Assembly: GCA_048213135.1 (NCBI GenBank)
Contig: PS015024.1
Location: 33,809 to 75,028 of the forward strand
From: Reclinomonas americana ATCC 50394
Taxonomy: Eukaryota
DNA: 41,220 nt
Reading direction: 5' to 3'
Shown here one piece after another: positions 36,346 to 41,220 of the stretch (positions are counted from its first letter, which is position 1; each line of letters starts with the position of its first letter). A model generated the notes under the pieces. It saw only the letters and a list, made by a program, of their open reading frames with translations, was not told where the DNA came from and did no database searches. Position numbers and translations under genes: made by a program.

Positions 36346-36675
36346 CTTGACGAGGAAAAATAGAAAAGCGCAGGACAGTCAGACGTCCTTCCCCACAGAT
36401 CATCACTGCCAGCAGACTCAGTGCTCCCTTGCCAAGATACGTAGTCGACTTGCCACCCACGAGGAGGCACCAAGTAAGAAGGCGCACGGGTTGCAAAGGA
36501 CTTAAATCAAGCTTCGTGAAGCAAATGCAACTCCGAATTCGTTATCCTTTGTCAAGAGAGCTCAGCCCGTGATCACAATTCCAGCCAAGGAGAGGCATGC
36601 TTGGTGGCCACACCACGGCAGACGGCGAGCTGTCAAAGACGATCGGAAAAATGACAGGACAAGACATCTCGACCA

Positions 36676-37766
36676 ATGCCTGGGAGCGACAGCGACGACG
36701 AAGCCTTCTTCGACCCCGAGCTGTTCATTGACCGCAAGTGCGTACATGTGACTTCGTTGCTCGCCTCTGTCCTTCCTCTCACTGCACGCGCAGCTATGAG
36801 GTGACCACTGTGGAGATCGCGCCCGATTGTCAAGTGTCGCTGAAGAGCCTCGTGCATGCGGCATCGAGTTTCGTGTGCACACACACATGCACATGCACAT
36901 GCTCGTCATCACATGCTCACAATTGCACAATGCAGCCGACTTTGATCTCACCGGGCAGGTGATGCATTCATCGTCTCCCGCTCTTCTTCGCTCATCTCTC
37001 ATGACGACTGCAGGTCATCTGGCCTGCCAGCAAACTCCTTGCACATTACTTGTACGAGCAACGGTATGTCTGCTCTGCTCTCTCCATCCTTTGTCGCCTG
37101 CACATTGGCACTCACACCAGCTGGTGGTGCAGCGATTCGCTGCGAGGCAAGGCGGTGCTTGAGCTGGGCGGTACGTGCATGCGCTGGTGGTCGGTGCACT
37201 GTGTGTGTGGTTTCTCACTTGTATGCATGCAGCGGGAGCTGGTCTTGCTGGTCTGGTGGCCGCACAATACGCTGCGCACTGTGTCATCACCGACGGCGAG
37301 CCACTGGTTGTCGACCTGCTGCAGGAGAATGTGGAGCGCGGTGAGACGACGTGCTTATCGGGCTCATCGCTGCCACTTTGCACTCATCGCCTGCTGTGCA
37401 CGTGCAGTGGAGTCGCATCCGGATCGACGAGTGCGAGCATGTAAACTGCGCTGGGGCGTCGATCATCTCGACGATCTCGGCGAGGACCGGCACACTCCCT
37501 TCGACCTCATCATTGGTGCCGACGTGTTGTTCTGGGAAAAGGGCGTGCCGCTCATGTTTGAGACAGTGACAGAGCTGTTGCAAGAGCGGCCAGGAGCACA
37601 CATGATTCTGTCGTTTGTGGATCGCGTGTCACGCATCACGGCGGCCGCATTTGCCGAGGCCGAGCGGAAGGGTTTGCGAGTAGAGGAGCTAGAGGTGCCG
37701 TTGTCGGCGCGCGAGTCGATGCAGTGTGCGCAGTGGCCGCACCTGTACCGCATTGAATTACGATGA
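36676..37766 (+). CDS. METTL21/Methyltransf_16-family protein methyltransferase
   Basis: DFDLTGQVIWPASKLLAHYL, KAVLELGAGAGLAGL, ITDG..DLLQENV, KLRWG and FDLIIGADVLF; 6 introns. Confidence 0.9.
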
Positions 37767-37804
37767 TGATTTTGCGTTGGTGTTTTCACTCTCTCGTACA
37801 CGCA

Positions 37805-38974
37805 TCATGGTGGCCTCCGCGCCTGCAACTGCTTCTGCTGCTGTTGTTGCAGCCAGCGTTCAAGCTCCTCTGCCTGTTGCGCCATGTCGTCTTCGTCGTC
37901 GTCAAAGTCATCATCGAAAAAGTCGTCCAAGCCGTCGAAGTCCTTGGCGGCGGCCGACCTTGTCGTGGTCGTGGTCGTCGTCGTTGTTGTGGTGGTGGTT
38001 GTTGTGGACGTGCTCGTGCTTCTGCTGCCGCCAGTCGCGGCGATGGCGGTCATTGGCGGCAACTGCAGCTGCGGCGTCGGAAAGAACGGCGCCGACATGG
38101 GCAGACGCAGTGCCATGGACAGCGGTGGCACATACAGCGATGCCGATGGAGGTGCGAGTGGAGCTGGCGGTAGTGGTGGCGGCGGTGGCGGTGGTGGTGG
38201 TGGTGGCGGTGGCGGTGGCGGTGGTGGTGGCGCCGCCTGTCCAAGCGAAAACGGCGGCATTCCGCTCCCAGAACCCACAGCCCAACTCAACAGCGGGCTG
38301 CTGGAGACTGCGCCACCGAACGGCGACATGGCCGGACTGTCGGCAAACGCATCGACACCACCCGGTCGCACCGCCACATGCGCCGCCATTGCACCAGCAA
38401 AGCCCGGAACAGGCGGCGACGGCACACGCCGCAGAGAGTCCATGGGCACTCCAACCAGCGACGGAGGCGCCGGCCTGCCAGCGGCCGCCGCCACCTCCGT
38501 CAAGTGCTGTAACAACCCTGAAATTTGAGTTGCATGTCTCCCTGTGCACAAACACTCCAATCGCACGCAACATTGCGCAGCTCGGTCTCCGAGATGAACA
38601 AGTCGGCCTCCGTCGCGCCCACCGCCTGCGCCGCCTCCACCAACCGTTCCCGTTCCGCACGCAACTGCGTCTCGCGCTTGCTCAACGCCTCACGCACACT
38701 CCACAACACATAGTACTCGGCCTCCAAGTCCGCCATCAAGTGGTGCGCTTGCTCCACCTTCTCCCATCGAGCACTGCATCGACAGTGAGCACGCAAGCGG
38801 AGCGAGCGAGACACAGAGCAGTCAACATGCACACCGACCTGTCATTCTCCACACCAGAATCCGGCACCTCCGCTGCACTCTGCAGTGAGTCACACACGCA
38901 CTGGCGACACAGAGACAAGCTCGCTCACCTGGTGGCCGGTGTCGCTTGCGACTGCCCGGTCGCGTTCCCACCAT
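37805..38974 (-). CDS. Uncharacterised protein: basic N-terminus, short coiled coil, poly-Pro/poly-Thr and acidic tail
   Basis: MVGTRPGSRKRHRPP spliced through 3 introns into ORF 37805-38566. Confidence 0.6.
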
Positions 38975-39046
38975 CCCTCGTTACGTACACAATCACAAGA
39001 GGACGACGAGGACAAGTCTCTTATCTTCCTCCTTCCTCTCGCCATC

Positions 39047-40821
39047 ATGTTCACCGCGATCCTCGTCGCGCTGCTCCTCACGCTCTTCCTGATCGTGTAC
39101 GTGGCCCTGGTCAGCATGCGATGGGTGACCGGCAGCTGGCCGACATCGCTCAAGTCGGCGGCAATGCCTCCGGTCGCCGCACTGCTCACCAGTGACACAC
39201 TGGCCTTTGTGCGACGACTGTGGACGCAGCGAGTGCGCGAGTGCCGTTGCTCACCTGCACGCGAGTTTGTCGTCTATCATAGCGCAAGGTACGGGTGCGC
39301 CACGTGGTGGGATTGAGTCTGTGTCTCTAATAATCCTGCTGTAGCAATCCACTGTCACTGTTGACGCTACAGCTGGTGATGCGACTGGCGCAGCGGTATC
39401 GGGATGTGCAGGTGACTATGCGTACGATCCCCAGTGCGGAAAGCGAAGTCGCGTCAGGATCGCCGGTGCACTTGTCTCGGGAGTGGGCGTTGCGCGATGC
39501 GCTGATGGTGGCGCCGCACTATGGCCTGCGTCTGCCACGTCCTCCGTTCATGACAGCGGCAGCTGACGGAACGGTCGATGAGGAGCGACGGAAGCTGTGG
39601 GAGGAGCACATGGCGCACTGGCAGCGTATGCTGGTGGCGGCCGAGTACGAGTCGAGTGACGCGTATGTGCGTGTGGCGTTCCAGGCGTGGGAGGATGCGG
39701 AGGAGGTGCCGCCGGATGGCGATGCCGTGGAGCTGGTGTTAACGACGGACTCGCTGCTGGCGCTCAACATGCGCGAGCTGGTGGGGCGCGGCTACTATTC
39801 GGCGTTGCGTTGCTTGTCGGCGGGCCACCTCGTGGACGAAGAGCTCATTCTCTCTCAGCGGCGTGGTGTTCTACGACGGCGAGGCGTTCACCTTCAACCG
39901 ACTGCACATGCTAGCGGCCAAGATCGGCGACAGTGGCACAGTGACGGCGCCGCTTCCGTTGGAGTTGGTGCCGACACCTCTGCCGCGCACCACCAACTTT
40001 GTCAACTTTTTCTTCTCCGTCCGCAGGTGCATCGTCCCCAATGTGCATCCTCGCCACCGAAGACACTGTGCTCACTCCACTCATTCGCTTTCTCAGCCCG
40101 TACTCCTACCTGGCGTTCGACCGTGTTGTGCACCTGTGCATCGAGTACGGTGCGTGCACGAAAATCAGCTCACCCTCTCTCTCTCTTCTCCCCCAAGTTC
40201 TCACTTTTCCCTTCCATCCCCTGACACCAGGACTGCACCTTCGCCTGCGCTTCCTGCTGCCCATGGTACGCCGTGGCATTCCACTGTCCACGGCCAAGCG
40301 CGCGTACATTCTGCAGGACGCCAAACGTGTGGCCAACAGCCTCAAACTCCCGTTTGGTTGGATCTGCGACCCGCTCGGCGACGGTGCCGAGCGTGTTCTC
40401 CAAGTCGGCCACTACCTGTCGGCCCTCGACGGTAGCGCCGAAAGCAGTGCCGGCCCCAACGTTGCCGCGCGCTGGTTCTCTGCCGCCATGCGCGGCATCT
40501 TCAGTCTCGGGTGGGATGTGGCGACCGACGCAGGCCTGCGCCGCGTGGCCGACCGCGCCGCCGTCTCCTGGCCAACCGTCGTCGAGGCACTGGAGCAGCC
40601 GGCCGAGGTGTGGCAGGAGGAGGCCGAACGCAACCGGCAAGAGCTGGAGGCGCTCGGCATGTGGGGCGTGCCGGCCTTCCAGTGCGACCAGTTCACCGCG
40701 TGGGGGCAGGTACGTCGGTGCATGTAACGCCAAAAACACACTCGCTCACACACGCGCTCCACAGGATCGCATCTGGCTGCTGGAACGGTGCCTGGCCGCC
40801 ACAGCCGAGGCCAGCAAATGA
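39047..40821 (+). CDS. Tandem DsbA/HCCA-isomerase (kappa-GST-like) protein with N-terminal hydrophobic anchor
   Basis: Second domain has FFFSVRSPYSYL, LLPMVRRG..KRAYILQDAKR..PFG.ICDPLG and GMWGVPAF..WGQDRIWL; degenerate first domain ends GYYSAGVVFYDGE..NRLHML; 5 introns. Confidence 0.82.
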
Positions 40822-40825
40822 ATAC

Positions 40826-41159
40826 TCATTCGTCTTGATGATTGCCACGACGATACGGATGATCTGCATGCATCACTTGTCAGCTAAAGGGGGGGCGGGG
40901 ACACCTGCAACGACGCAACACTGCATGTCGGCCCACTGCTCGCCCACAGCATAGTCCAGTGCCTCCACCGTCCCCATCTTGGCGCCCTGCAGCATGTACA
41001 CTGTGTCGCCACACAGCAAATCAGTGGCGAAAGCACAATCAACACACTGATGATCCTTGATGGCGCACCTGGTCGCCCATGTCGCACGATGATGAACGTC
41101 GGCAATGCCACCACAGCATACGCACTGGCTGCATCCACCTCCTGATCCACATCAATCTG
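40826..41159 (-). CDS. Thioredoxin-fold protein, 3' part (5' end beyond window)
   Basis: IDVDQEVDAASAYAVVALPTFIIVRHG..LQGA matches the thioredoxin C-terminal half; the last exon is inferred. Confidence 0.75.
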
Positions 41160-41220
41160 CATGCACGCACAACGAAGGATTTGAGTGTCGACAGACAGAG
41201 AAGCAGTCTCTCTCTCTCTC

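Noticed and set aside
39043-39049. Overlapping opposite-strand start codons at CATCATG
   Set aside because: The minus-strand gene is better explained by ATG 38974 with the second AG acceptor, which has better branch-point spacing.
1-41220. Alternative genetic code, U12-type introns, tRNA/rRNA genes
   Set aside because: TAA, TAG and TGA all serve as stops, apparent in-frame stops fall in introns, and I recognised no U12 donor consensus or structural RNA gene.

Overview
Gene-dense, GC-rich nuclear DNA from a microbial eukaryote (lineage not determinable from this window), with about 124 short spliceosomal introns (mostly 50-90 nt, hand count), GA/CA microsatellites and seven N gaps. Hand-spliced gene models, left to right: SF3B5 (partial), a giant coiled-coil protein, oligopeptidase B, an AHSA1/SRPBCC protein, otubain, an ankyrin-methyltransferase, a small UBL-UBA protein, a repeat-stalk protein apparently fused to a C-terminal Rab-like GTPase, a membrane protein, a C2-domain protein, a STE11/MEKK-type MAP3K, an intron-containing bacterial-type TsaE, a METTL21-type methyltransferase, a Pro-rich protein, a tandem DsbA/HCCA-isomerase-like protein and a partial thioredoxin. 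Segment 25285-31742 is two near-identical ~3.1 kb contigs that are inverted relative to their flanks and split the C2 and kinase genes; this is most likely an assembly artefact. The strongest unusual signal is that about a fifth of introns start GTTGCG/GTTGAG, a one-base-shifted version of the normal GTGCG/GTGAG donor, almost always without G at exon position -1. All exon boundaries are inferred from reading-frame continuity, without RNA evidence, and all family calls come from recognising motifs, not from searches.
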